Source: the human T2T-CHM13v2.0 reference genome, Homo sapiens. Taken from it: a DNA stretch of 64,000 nucleotides. Location of the stretch: assembly GCF_009914755.1 (NCBI RefSeq), contig NC_060927.1; one strand, given 5' to 3'. Each line of letters opens with the position of its first letter. Position 1 is the first letter of the stretch. A program made the position numbers and the translations under genes. Positions 30,465-42,211 of the stretch are shown here, one piece after another. Under the pieces are notes generated by a model. It ran no database searches and was not told the origin of the DNA. It was given only the letters and a program-made list of their open reading frames with translations.

Positions 30465-31800
30465 ATGGGACAAGTGTGGGCTTTGGTTTGTTCCACCTTG
30501 GAACCTTTTCACACTAATGATGAGGAGGAAGGAAAGTATAATAAAGTAACAGAAGAAGTAACAGAACAGGTTTGTTTGCCAGCTAAAGCTAAAGTGGCAA
30601 AGGAGGGAGAGGTTCATCCCTACCCTTCTGCACCCCATCCTTATTTTGAAGAAAAAGAGTCGCCTGACTCTCCAGATCTTTCTTTTCCAGGGGACACTGG
30701 GCAAAAGTAGTTGCCCCAGTGACTGTTTGAGCAGCACCTTGAGTGACCACTCTCAGTTCTATTCAGGCAGGAATTCAGCAAGCTAGATGAGCAGGTGATA
30801 TAGAGGCTTGGCAGCTCCCTGTTAGAATACACCCCCCCAGATCAACAGGGAAATATTATAGCACATTTGAGCTTTTTCCTTTTAAATTACTCAAAGAATT
30901 TAGACAAGCTATTTATCAATATGGACCAGGTTCTCCTTTTGTAATGGGACTGTTAAAGAATGTTGCTGTTTCCAGTCAGATGATTCCTACTGACTGGGAC
31001 ACTCTTACTGGAGCTTGTCTAACTCCTGTTCAGTTCTTACAATTTAAAACTTGGTGGGCTGAGGAAGCTTCCATTCAGGCTGCTTGCGATGTGCAGGCCC
31101 AACCTCAAATTAATATAAATGCAGACTAACTTTTAGGGGTTGGCAGCTGGGCTGGTTTAGATGCACAAGTGGCTATACAGAATGATGCTATACAGCAGCT
31201 TAGAGGAGTGTGCATTAGAGCTTGGGAAAGAACCACTTTAGGAGGAGAGCAATACCCTTCCGTTAGTGCTGTAAAGCAGGGACTGAAAGAACTGTATGCA
31301 ATTTTATAGCTCGGTTATAGGAGTCTCTTAAAAAGGTGACTGCAGATTCAGCTGCTTAAGAATTAGCTTTTGACAATGCTAATCCCGAGTGCCAGGCTGC
31401 TCTGTGACCTATTAGAGGGAAAGTACATTTAGTTGATTATATCAAGGCCTGTGACAGTATCGGATGTAATCTGCATAAGGCTACTCTGCTAGCCCAGGCA
31501 ATGGCAGGACTGAGAGTGGGTAAAGGAAATGCTCCGTTTCCTGGAGCTTGTTTTAACTGTGGGAAGCATGGTCATACTAAAAAAGAATGTAGAAAAAATC
31601 AGTGAGTCAGGACGCTAGATAGGGAAAAAAAGAAAACTGCTGAGCCTGCAATATGCCCAAAATGTAAAAAAGGAAAACACTGGGATAATCAGTGTATGTT
31701 TGATAAAGGTGGGAACCCTATTTGGGAAACACCGTGAGGGGCCCATCCCGGGCCCTGTTCCAAACCGGGGCATTTCCGGCTCATGCCATTCCCTCACCCC
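30465..31800 (+). pseudogene. gag: HML-3 gag (stops and frameshifts)
   Basis: MGQ start, PSAP late-domain-like motif, capsid fragment (ORF 30944) and two CCHC knuckles: CFNCGKHGHTKKEC (31549-31590) and [14 protein letters not shown] (31654-31695). Confidence 0.9.
31724..31770 (+). promoter_or_regulatory. Probable gag-pro -1 ribosomal frameshift signal
   Basis: Slippery heptamer G GGA AAC (31724-31730) followed by the GC-rich stem ggggccc..gggccc at the gag/pro overlap. Confidence 0.65.
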
Positions 31801-32651
31801 AGTACAATGTCTGTCCCCCACCACAGCCGGGAGTGCCAGAGTAGATTTATGCTGCACAAAAGCTGTGAGCCTTCTGCCTGGGGAATCCCTGCAAAAAGTT
31901 CCAACAGGGGTCTGTGGACCCTTGCCAGTGGGGATGACAGGATTACTTCTAGGAAGGTCTAGCCTAAATTTAAAAGGAGTACAAATACGCACAGGAGTCA
32001 TTGATTCAGATTACAATGGGGAAATTCAAATTGTTATATCTACTTCTGTTGCCTGGAAAGCAGAGCCAAGAGAGCACATAGCACAGCTCCTGATTGTGCT
32101 GTATGTGGAAATGGGGAAAAAGTGAAATTAAACGAACAGTAGGATTTGGAAGCACAAATAAACAAGGCAAAGCAGCTTATTGGGTGAATCAAATTACTGA
32201 TAAACGTCCTACCTGTGAAATAACTATTCAGGGAAAGAAATGTAAAGGTTTGGTAGATACAGGAGCAGACATTTTAATCATTTATCTACAGCACTGGCCT
32301 TCTGCATGGCCAATTCAACCCGCTCAATTTAAAATAGTTGGAGTTGGTAAAGCCCCTGAAGTATATCAAAGTAGTTATATTTTGCACTGTGAAGGGCCCG
32401 ATGCACAACCTGGGACTATTCAACCAATTATAACTTCTGTACCTATAACTTTATGGGAGAGAGATTTATTACAACAAGGGGGAGCACAAGTTGTAATTTC
32501 AGGGCAAATATATAGCCCTCAAAGTCAATATATGATGAATGAAGTGGGGTATGTCCCTGGTATCAGACTAGGAAAAAATTTGCAAGGTTTGAAAGAACTG
32601 CTTCAAGCAGAAAGACAAAGTTCCTGCCAAGGTTTAGGATATCATTTTTGA
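31724..32651 (+). pseudogene. pro: HML-3 dUTPase-protease (frameshifted) with G-patch
   Basis: dUTPase motifs GRSS and GVIDSDYNGEI; protease LVDTGAD and LWERDLL; G-patch [19 protein letters not shown]. Confidence 0.92.
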
Positions 32652-35230
32652 TGGCGGCCATTGTTAAGCCTCCAGAACCCATACCTTTAAAATGGTTAAC
32701 AGATAAGCCAGTTTGGAAAGAACAATGGCTGCTGAGTAAAGAGAAACTGGAGGCTTTAGAGGACTTTGCTGCTGAGCAATTTGAAAAAACAAAACAAAAC
32801 AAAAAAAACACATAGCTCCAACATTTTCCCCTTGGAATTCTCCAGTTTTCATAATTAAGAAAAAATCAGGTAAATGGAGAATGTTGACAGATCTTAGAGC
32901 CATTAATTCAGTTATACAATCTATTGGGACCTTACAGTCAGGATTGCCTTCTCCTGCTATGATTCCAAAAAACTGGCCTTTAATCGACATAGATTTAACA
33001 GACTGTTTCTTTACTATCTATCTCCTTAGCTGAGCAAGACTGTGAACAGTTTGCATTTACAATTCCTGCAGTAAACAACCTGCAGCCTGCTAATCATTTT
33101 CACTGGAAAGTATTGCCATAAGGCATGTTAAACAGTCCAACAATTTGCCAGACTTATGTAGGACAAGCAATTGAACCTACTTGTAAAAAATTTTCACACT
33201 TTTACATTATTCATTATATGGATGATATAGTTTGTGCTGCCCCCACTCGAGAAATACTACTCCAATGTTATGATCACTTGCAAAATTCGATTTCTCATGC
33301 TGGTTTAATTATAGCTCCTGACAAAATTAAGACTACTATTCCTTACTGCTACTTGGGGACCTTACTAAATGACACTACCATTGTGCCACAGAAAGTAACC
33401 ATACAAAGGGATCAACTGAAAATATTTAATGACTTTCAAAAGTTACTAGGGGACATTAATTGGATACAACCTGCTCTAGGCATTCCTACCTATGCCATTA
33501 GTAATCTATTTTCTATGCTTACAGGAGATCTTAGTCTCACTAGCCCTCGACAATTAATAAAAGAAGCTGAGGCAGAGCTGCAGCTAATCAAAAAGAAAGT
33601 CCATAAGGCTCAAATAAATATAATGTGTCCAAAGAAGTCTCCAGATTTGCTAACTTTTTCAACTCAGCATTCACCTACTTGTGTTATTTTTCAACAGCAA
33701 GATCTTGCAGAGTGGCTTTTTCTTCCACATACTAATTCACGGACTCTAATTCCTTATTTGGATCAAATCGGTACTATGATAGGAAATGGGAGAACTTGGA
33801 TTGTTAAATTACATGGATATTATCCTGGAAAAATTATTGTCCCTCTCATGAAGGCACAAATATAGCAAGCTTTCATAAATAGTCTTCTTTGGCAAACCCA
33901 TTTAGCTGACTTTGTGGTTATTCTCGATAATCATTTTCCAGAAACAAAACTGTTTCAATTTTTGAAATTAACTAATTGGATTTTCCCTAAAATAACTAAA
34001 TTTAAACTAATTGAAGGTGCTGAGAATGTTTGACAGATGGGTCTAGTAATGGTAAAGCTTCTTCTTCCAGATCGAAAGGTAAAGTTTTTCAGACGCCCTA
34101 TACTTCAGCTCAAAAAGCAGAGCTTGGGTATTGACTGCTTTTAATATGCCTATTAATGTGATTTCTGATTATTCATATGTGGTTCATTCCACACAATTAA
34201 TTGAAAATGCTCAGTTATGATTTCATACAGATGAACAACTGATGACATCATTTACCCAATTGCAAACAGCAGTCAGGAGTAGAATGCACCCTTTTTACAT
34301 CACTCACATTAGGGCTCATACACCTCTTCCAGGACCTTTGACTGCAGGGAATCAAATGCCTGATCTCCTAATTGCTACTGCAATATCTATTGCTAGATGC
34401 TTGCTTTCACAATTCAACCCATGTTAATGCCTCTGGTCTCAAAAGCAGATACAGCATTACCTGGAAAGAAGCTAAAGCTATTATCCAGTGATGCCCAACT
34501 TGGCAAATTGTACATTCCTCATCTTTTACAGGAGGAGTTAATTCCCGAGGATTAGAACCTACTTCTCTTTGGCAAATGGATGTCACACGTGTTCCCTCGT
34601 TTGGGAGACTAGCTTATGTACATATATGTGTGGACACCTTTTCTCACTTTGTCCAGGCTACATGCCAATCAGGAGAGCCTTCTGCCTGTGTTAAACATCA
34701 CCTTTTGCAGTGTTTTGTGGTGATGGGCATTCCAGCTTCTATTAAAACAGATAATGCCCCAGTCTATACTAACCAAGCTCTAGCTACATTTTTCTCTATA
34801 TGGAATATTAAACACATTACTGGTATCCCATATAATTCTCAAGGACAAACCATAGTGGAAAGAATGAATCTCTCCCTGAAAGAGCGGTTGCAAAAGCAGA
34901 GGGGGGAAAACAGGGACTATGGAACACCGCATATGCAATTGAATCTAACATTATTAACTTTAAATTTTTTGAGCCTGCCTAAAGGCCAGATGCTATCAGA
35001 AGCTGAACAGCATCTACAGAAACCAGCCGCAAAGACAGAAACAGAACAACTGGATTGGTGGAGAGATCCGATAACAAAAAGTTGGGAAATAGGTAAAATA
35101 ATAACTTGGGGTAGAGGTTATGTTTGTGTTTCTCCATGACTGAACCAGTAGCCTATTTGGATACCATCAAGACACCTGAAACCTTATCGTGAGCCAGATG
35201 CCGAGGAAGAGATTCTGGGAGAATCCTGAG
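32600..35230 (+). pseudogene. pol: HML-3 pol (RT, RNase H, integrase; disrupted)
   Basis: ORF 33125..33865 contains YMDD. RNase H motif HIRAHT. ORF 34576..35139 is the integrase core with D (MDVT), D (KTDN), E (VERMN) and WGRGY. Confidence 0.93.
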
Positions 35231-36340
35231 GACCCCCTGGTTACAGCCAAGTCAAGACTGACACTGAGGAGGACCCCAACTGTCATGAGCAACACCTGTT
35301 GAGCACAGCCACCCACCTGGGGACAGATCAAGAAGCTGTCACAGATGGTGGAAGAAAACCTGAGGAAAGCAGGACAACCAGTCACAATGAGTAATTTAAT
35401 GGTAGCTATGATAGCAGTGATCACCACTGCCATAAGTATTCCTTCAACAAGGGCTGACATAGAGAACAATTATACTTACTGGGCATATTTATCAATCTTG
35501 GCTGGCAATAATGCCTGGATGTAATCACTCTATGACACAGTTACACAAGCTTTCTGATCTCAGTATCTACCATAATGAATCTGCTCCTATAATTAAGGCA
35601 TTATAGGAGCTTCAAAAACCACCCTCAAAAACCTATTTGTAAACAAAATTGAACCTGGCTAGAAAAAAAGAACGTACTTGTTTAGGAAGATTGCATTGCA
35701 GAACAGGCAGAGGTTCTGCTCAACGATTCCTATGGAATCATTATTGATTGGTCCCCTAAGGGGACGTTTAGCTTAAATTGCACCTCTCAATCTGCATGCC
35801 ATGGCTGCACTATGTTCAGCTGGTCTGAACTAAATGGTCAGATGGTAGAAATGATAAGAAATATGACAAGAGTTTGTATTATCTGGAAACATGGAGGTAT
35901 AATGTCACCTCAACCTCAAATGATATGCCCCACTCTAGGACATAACATAAGGATTTGTGCAAACTATTAATGGCTCTTAATAAGATCAAAATTTGGGAAA
36001 GAATAAAAAAGTATCTCGAAGAACACCCTACAAAATTGTCTTTGGATATTGCAAAATTAAAAGAAGAAATATTTAAAGCATCCCAGGCACCCCTGACCTT
36101 AATCCCAGGAACTGGAGTGCTTGAAGGAGCTGCAGACAGATTAGCAGCTAGTAATCCATTAAAATGGTTAAAAACACTTGGAAGCTCTATGATTTCAATG
36201 ATGATTGTGTTATTAATCTGTGTTGTTTGTCTTTATATGGCCTGCAGATGCGGATCCTGATTCCTGTGAGAAGTAGCTCACCGTGACAAAGCTGCCTTTG
36301 CTTTTATCGCTTTGCAAAACAAAAAAGGGGGGCATGTTGG
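35150..36340 (+). pseudogene. env: HML-3 env, internally deleted
   Basis: Hydrophobic signal region near 35390, SU fragments, and a TM ectodomain and anchor (LSLDIAKLKEEIFKAS..NPLKWLKTLGSSMISMMIVLLICVVCL). Only about 1.2 kb long. Confidence 0.85.
36321..36332 (+). other. Polypurine tract
   Basis: aaaaaagggggg, 2 nt upstream of the 3' LTR. Confidence 0.85.
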
Positions 36341-36843
36341 AAACAGGCCCCCAAATCTGGCTATAAACTGGCCCCAAAACTGGCCATAAACAAAATCTCT
36401 GCAGCACTGTGACATGTTTGTGATGGCCATGATGCCCATGCTGAAGGTTGTGGGTTCACCGGAATGAGGGCAAGGAAGACCTGGTGCACCCAGGGTGGAA
36501 AACTGCTTAAAGGCATTCTTAAACCACAAACAATAGCATGAGTGATCTGTGCCTTAAGGAAATGTTTCACTGCAGATAGCTAGCCAGAGCCCATCCCTTT
36601 ATTTTGGCCCATGCCTTTGTTTCCCATGAGGAATACTTTTAGTTAATCTATAATCTATAGAAACAATGTTTATCAATGGCTTACTGTCAATAAATATGTG
36701 GGTAAATTTCTGTCCAGGGCTCTCAGTTCTGAAAGCTGTGAGACCCCTGATTTCCCACTCCACACTCTATATTTCTGTGTGTGTGTCTTTAATTCCTCTA
36801 CCGCTGCTGGGTTAGGGTCTCCCCGACCGAGCTAGTTTTGGCA
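36335..36843 (+). repeat. 3' LTR (MER9a-like)
   Basis: tgttggaaacaggcccccaaatctgg...gagctagttttggca, with AATAAA at 36689-36694. Confidence 0.93.
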
Positions 36844-37334
36844 TTCTGATATTTCATTGTGCCATTAAATCTTTTTTATAAGTTAAGAGAAGTTAATATA
36901 TCATGCAAGTATTTTCTTTCACCAAAATTGCATTTTTGTTTTCAAAATTAACATAAATTATTGTTAGAGAGACATGACAATAAACTATAATAAATCTCAT
37001 TCAGTTGCATTACTACAGATAATTATAAATCCCAATAAAATTGTTATTTTTCCTAGTAAAAACGTTATTGAAAATTGTGACTGGATCTTCCTATTGTTTT
37101 GCCCACAGAGGCATGAAAAACAATATTAAAAATAAAATTATTTTTCTGCTTTGCTTGTATTTGTTATTTCCAAAATCCAATTACAAGAAGTTGAACTGTG
37201 GTAAAGACACATATTAATTCATCAGTAACAAGTTGCCCAACTCTAGTGATAAAGTATTCCTGAAGTATAAATGTCCCAAAAGAAGAAAATTTTAATATAA
37301 AAATATAAAGCTATAGAAACTAAATTTTAATTTA

Positions 37335-37760
37335 ATAAGTAGTATTGAGTGTCTAGTACAACCCAAGCATTATGTTAGGCTCTTGGGATGCAAAACTAGT
37401 CAAACATTGCTCCCGTTCTCAAAAAGTTTAATAATGGAGTGACTCTACTGATAGAAGGATGTTTAGCTGTTCAAGTCACTAAAACATAGTTGGCTTTGAC
37501 TCTGTTATAAGAGTAAAGTTTCTACACAAAACATGAAGAGCAGTTTGCCTACTAGAACTTGGTTGTAAATGTATTGTTTAGATAAGAAAAGTAAAATTGC
37601 ACAGACATGTAACAGTATGGCATATCAGGTGAAGTAAGGTCATTCAGTATTGCTTGATATACAAATGAATGGGAAGCTCTAAGAGATCAGTGTGGAATAG
37701 AGGATATGTAGACATCCTTTGTGAATTATAATTTGATGACATGGAAAATCATGAGAAGCT
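37335..37760 (-). mobile_element. L2 fragments
   Basis: L2 3'-end phrase 'tattgagtgtctagtac..caagcattatgttaggctcttgggatgcaaa'. Confidence 0.55.
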
Positions 37761-38289
37761 TTCTTTATTTTAGTTTAAAATATACTTTAAAAATCTGGCA
37801 TTTGGCAGAATATTGATGTCTAATTATGGACATTTAGCTCAAATCAAGATATTGAAAATAGAAACAGCAAACTAATACATTATTCTGTGAAGATGTTAGC
37901 AGTAATTGGATACATATTTAACAAGAATTCAGAAATATGTTTTCAAATTTACGTAGGTGCTTATAGTGGCTGATAAAATATTTTCCAGGACTAATCTAAT
38001 AACACTCGACTAAAAGGTGTATTACGGAATGTGTTTGTTATCAATTGACAAAGTGAAAAACATTGAAGTTACATTTTTTTACCTTTATTAGATATATAAG
38101 ATACTAGTAAAATAATGTCAACTTCTTTTAGATACACTCAACTGTTAGAAGAATGTGTCTGCCATTAGAAAAACATCTTTCTAATAATTTATTGGTTACC
38201 TTTGTTTCATGAATTTATATGTACTTTAGTTACTATGGAAATATTTTGTTTTTACTGGTATTGATTTTTAAGATAATTTTTGAAGTGTT

Positions 38290-38500
38290 TAGAAGTATGG
38301 ACATTGTAATCAGGATTCCCGGAGTTTTTATTTTGGCTTTGCTATTTGCTAGGTATATGAGCTTGAACAAGTGATTTCACTTCTTTCAGTTTCAATTTCT
38401 TCAGCTTTATAATACTTATACATATATTATAGTGATACATGTAAAAATCTCAGTACCTTGTTCCTACATAATAAATGCAAATCAAATGTTGATTGTTATT
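38290..38500 (+). mobile_element. MIR
   Basis: 'ggctttgctatttgctaggtatatgagcttgaacaagtgatttcacttct..cagtttc'. Confidence 0.6.
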
Positions 38501-38842
38501 ATTATTATACTGTTACTATTTGAATTAAGGTTTTATACAAGAATCAGATTTACAAGTCTTATCTCCACTTTATATATGGATTTCTACAATGAAACCTGAA
38601 GAGACAGGATAGGACATAATATTCTGTTCAAGATACAATGTATAAATTCTGTTTCAATTAATAATCTTGATAATTTTAGGTAGCAGCATTTCATCAGATT
38701 GTGATTGATGTTACCCTGTAAAAAGACAAATAAAGAGTTTATCTTTGAAGTAAAAAAAAGTCAACTCTGTGTGTTCATCTTTCCAATATTAGCACTGTAT
38801 TTAATCATCAGTAAATAAATTTATTTTATTGATCTTTATTCT

Positions 38843-39350
38843 TTCATTCAAAAATATTTATTGCATGTCTATTAGGTGCAAGAAACACATTTAGACCATA
38901 GCAATGAACCAAACATCATAAATTCAACTGAGTGGAATCAGATACCTAAAAAAATAAAATACATACTATATTAGAAGGACTTCACTACTATAAAGAAGAA
39001 TAAGACCAGAATATAGAGAAATGAGTTTGTGTGGTGGTGTTGGTGAGAAAGGGATGTGGTAAATAGCAGCTTTAAATGGGGGGGGGGCAGGGAAGACCTC
39101 ACTGAGAAAGTCACATTTAAATAAAGATCTGAAAGAGTAGGGGAGTGAGCCATATGAACAGCTGAGAAAAGAGAGAACAGAAAATGCCTCAGTCAGAGGC
39201 ATTCTGTGGGTGTGTGAAAACAGGAAGAAGGCCAGTGTGGCTGAAACAGAATGAGCAAAAGCTAGAGGAGTAGAAAGCAAGATGAAAAGGGCCACAGGGG
39301 AGAGAGCTTGGAGGGCCTCATGGCTGCAGGAAGGACTCTGGCTTCACAAT
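38843..39350 (-). mobile_element. L2a 3' fragment
   Basis: 'tcattcaaaaatatttattg..ctattaggtgc', 'aagacctcactgagaaagtcacattt', 'aagaaggccagtgtggctgaaacagaatgagc'. Confidence 0.8.
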
Positions 39351-39799
39351 GTTGTTATGAGACTTCCACAAAGAATACTCATAGACCATAACGGCTTCAT
39401 GACCATAGGACATTTGGACCTGTGGAGACAGGAAATATGAAGCAGTAATTAAACAGTAGAATATGTAATTTCTTATTGTGTAGATTAAATATATGTAAAA
39501 AGTAAAAGTAGATGTATATAAGTAAAACGTTTTTTTGTTTATTTTTCTTTACTATGTAATCATTGCACCCAGTAGAGCAAGCTGTGTTGTATGTTATCCT
39601 GAAGCAGCTACATAGCAATGGAACAAACTATGACAAAAGTGTTTGCTGTGAGCCAAAGCAAACCTTTGGAATACCAAAGATGGAGAGAAGAAGCAGTCAG
39701 AGGAAACAGAAAAGATTTTCTAATGGTTACAAATAAGGCCAGAATTGTATCTGCAGATGACATCAGCTCACTCCTTTTCTCCACTTTCAAACTTTTCTT

Positions 39800-40720
39800 A
39801 TTCTATATGACTAGAGATAAAAAAGAAACTCTGTCTACCTATTACCACATAAGGAGATAAAGCAACACAAGCAATGGCTGAATCATCAGAGAAATGACTC
39901 AAGAAATGGAGGAAGATATTAGAGAAACATATCGCTTAGTCTCAACTCAGAAGCCACAAGCTCTCTCTTAGAGAGACAGCACCAAGCTTTCTAAGTTTCA
40001 TGAAAGATATTCTAACACAAAAAACATTTGAGAAGAAAACTAGCCTATTTTTTTTAAAAAATAGAAGATAAAAATATAATGATAAACAAACATTAAAGAA
40101 ACAAAAATAGAAAAAAGAGTGAAAACACAGCAAATGACACCATGATAGGCTTGAATAAATCACAGAGAGAGAATGTAATGGGAAATCACAGTGATTATAA
40201 AATAATTATAAAGATAAAAATGTTTATGGAAGACAGACCAATGTGATATTGCTTACTTGTGGTGATCTTGAAAAAGAAAACAAATGAATTTTTTAATAAC
40301 ACTCCAAATTATAATATAGTAAAACTTTTCTAAAAGAAAGAAAAGTGAATTTGTGTACAAAAAGGGCACAGAATTATAACGGAAAAAAACCTGCAGAATG
40401 ATCAACTTAAGCATATATATGGACAAATTTACTGTATTTTTATGATGACTAAAAAGTTAAATGGTCTGCAGCAGAGAAATAAGGCAGGTAGAAACAGAAA
40501 AACTCAAGATGACCTCAGCCTTTTCCAAATCAATGCAGAAGAGAATAAGATACTCTCTACCAAAGTTTAAGGAAAGTGGGAGCGAGGGACTTAAGGATTA
40601 TATTCCAAGTAAAATTGTCCTTAAAGTATAATCTGAAAGGCATGTATGTATTTGGAAAATCCAGGGAACAGAGCACTCATCATTTCCTTGTGGAAAACTG
40701 CTGAAAAATGTAACACAGTA
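39800..40720 (+). mobile_element. HAL1 or ancient L1 ORF1-like relic
   Basis: A-rich plus strand with degenerate ORF1-like phrases (aaaagggcac.., aggattatattccaagtaaaattgtcctt). Confidence 0.5.
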
Positions 40721-41311
40721 AATAAATTTTTAAAAAAGCAATTCAGTAATAGAGATGCTGTAATAAAGTGACTGAGGATAATTACCGAATGTTTTCAAAT
40801 ACAGAACTACAACTGACCAGTCTTGCCAACATGGTAGATTTTGAAATGGGTATATTATTTTAGACGCCAAGAAAACATGTGGCATCTTGAAAATTGACCT
40901 TACATTAGGTAGCCTGACTTTCCACACACATGTGATTACAAGTCTCCTGCACTATCATTTCTACAGGTAAAAACAGGTGAAACCCGCTCAAGATGAGGTT
41001 TCAGTGAAAACACGATCAGTGAGGAGTAATGACGTCTCTATCCAGACAGCATCATAAAAATCCATATGTACAATACTTTTGGGGCCTCTAGAGTTACAAG
41101 AGAAAACAAACTGCTCAGCCTCATTTTTTGGCTTTGGTAAGTAGTTAAGCTGATTGATATGGCCATTTTCTTTTTAATGGTTGCCTTGTTAAATGGAACA
41201 ATTTTGTAGATTCAGTTGTCTGACATATCTAAAAGAATCAAAATCTCATTTCCCATATGAATAGCCTCCACTAGCTGACATAGATTCAGATTGCAAAACT
41301 GATGAAGTTCA

Positions 41312-42211
41312 GAGGAGCCAAGATGGCCGAATAGGAACAGCTCCGGTCTACAGTTCCCAGCCTGAGCGACGCAGAAGACTGGTGATTTCTGCATTTCCAT
41401 CTGAGGTACTGGGTTCATCTCACTAGGGAGTGCCAGACAGTGGGCGCAGGCCAGTGGGTGCGCGCACCGGGCGCGAGCAGAAGCAGGGCAAGGCATTGCC
41501 TCACCTGGGAAGCGCAAGGGGTCAGGGAGTTCCCTTTCCGAGTCAAAGAAAGGGGTGACGGACGCACCTGGAAAATCGGGTCACTCCCACCCGAATATTG
41601 CGCTTTTCAGACCGGCTTAAAAAACGGCGCACCACGAGACTATATCCCACACCTGGCTCGGAGGGTCCTACGCCCACGGAATCTCGCTGATTGCTAGCAC
41701 AGCAGTCTGAGATCAAACTGCAAGGCGGCAGCGAGGCTGGGGGAGGGGCGCCCGCCATTGCCCAGGCTTGCTTAGGTAAACAAAGCAGCCAGGAAGCTCG
41801 AACTGGGTGGAGCCCACCACAGCTCAAGGAGGCCTGCCTGCCTCTGTAGGCTCCACCTCTGGGGGCAGGGCACAGACAAACAAAAAGACAGCAGTAACCT
41901 CTGAAGACTTAAATGTCCCGGTCTGACAGCTTTGAAGAGAGCAGTGGTTCTCCCAGCACGCAGCTGGAGATCTGAGAACGGGCAGACTGCCTCCTCAAGT
42001 GCGTCCCTGACCCTGACCCCCGAGCAGCCTAACTGGGAGGCACCCCCCAGCAGGGGCACACTGACACCTCACACTGCAGGGTATTCCAACAGACCTGCAG
42101 CTGAGGGTCCTGTCTGTTAGAAGGAAAACTAACAAACAGAAAGGACATCCACACCGAAAACCCATCTGTACATCACCATCATCAAAGACAAAAGTAGATA
42201 AAACCACAAAG
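41312..42211 (+). promoter_or_regulatory. L1 5'UTR internal sense and antisense promoter, CpG-rich
   Basis: Intact YY1 motif caagatggcc at 41319-41328; dense CpGs at 41325-41760 in an otherwise CpG-poor window. Confidence 0.85.
41543..41758 (-). CDS. ORF0: L1 antisense ORF0 (71 aa), intact reading frame; expression unknown
   Basis: MAGAPPPASLPPCSLISDCCASNQRDSVGVGPSEPGVGYSLVVRRFLSRSEKRNIRVGVTRFSRCVRHPFL, with the ATG in gcaATGG context. Confidence 0.75.
   Translation of the reverse strand: MAGAPPPASLPPCSLISDCCASNQRDSVGVGPSEPGVGYSLVVRRFLSRSEKRNIRVGVTRFSRCVRHPFL

Larger units (their letters stand above)
29809..36843 (+). mobile_element. HERV-K(HML-3)/HERVK9 provirus, about 7.0 kb, LTR-gag-pro-pol-env-LTR, coding-defective
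   Basis: Paired MER9-type LTRs bounded by TG...CA. 6-bp TSD ttctta (29803-29808) / ttctga (36844-36849). Betaretroviral gag, dUTPase-protease, RT, IN and env remnants in the expected order. Confidence 0.95.

Noticed and set aside
33125-35139. Open RT (246 aa) and integrase (187 aa) frames as a domesticated HERV gene
   Set aside because: Both are fragments bounded by stops or frameshifts, lack their N-terminal parts, and have lengths expected for a decaying provirus.
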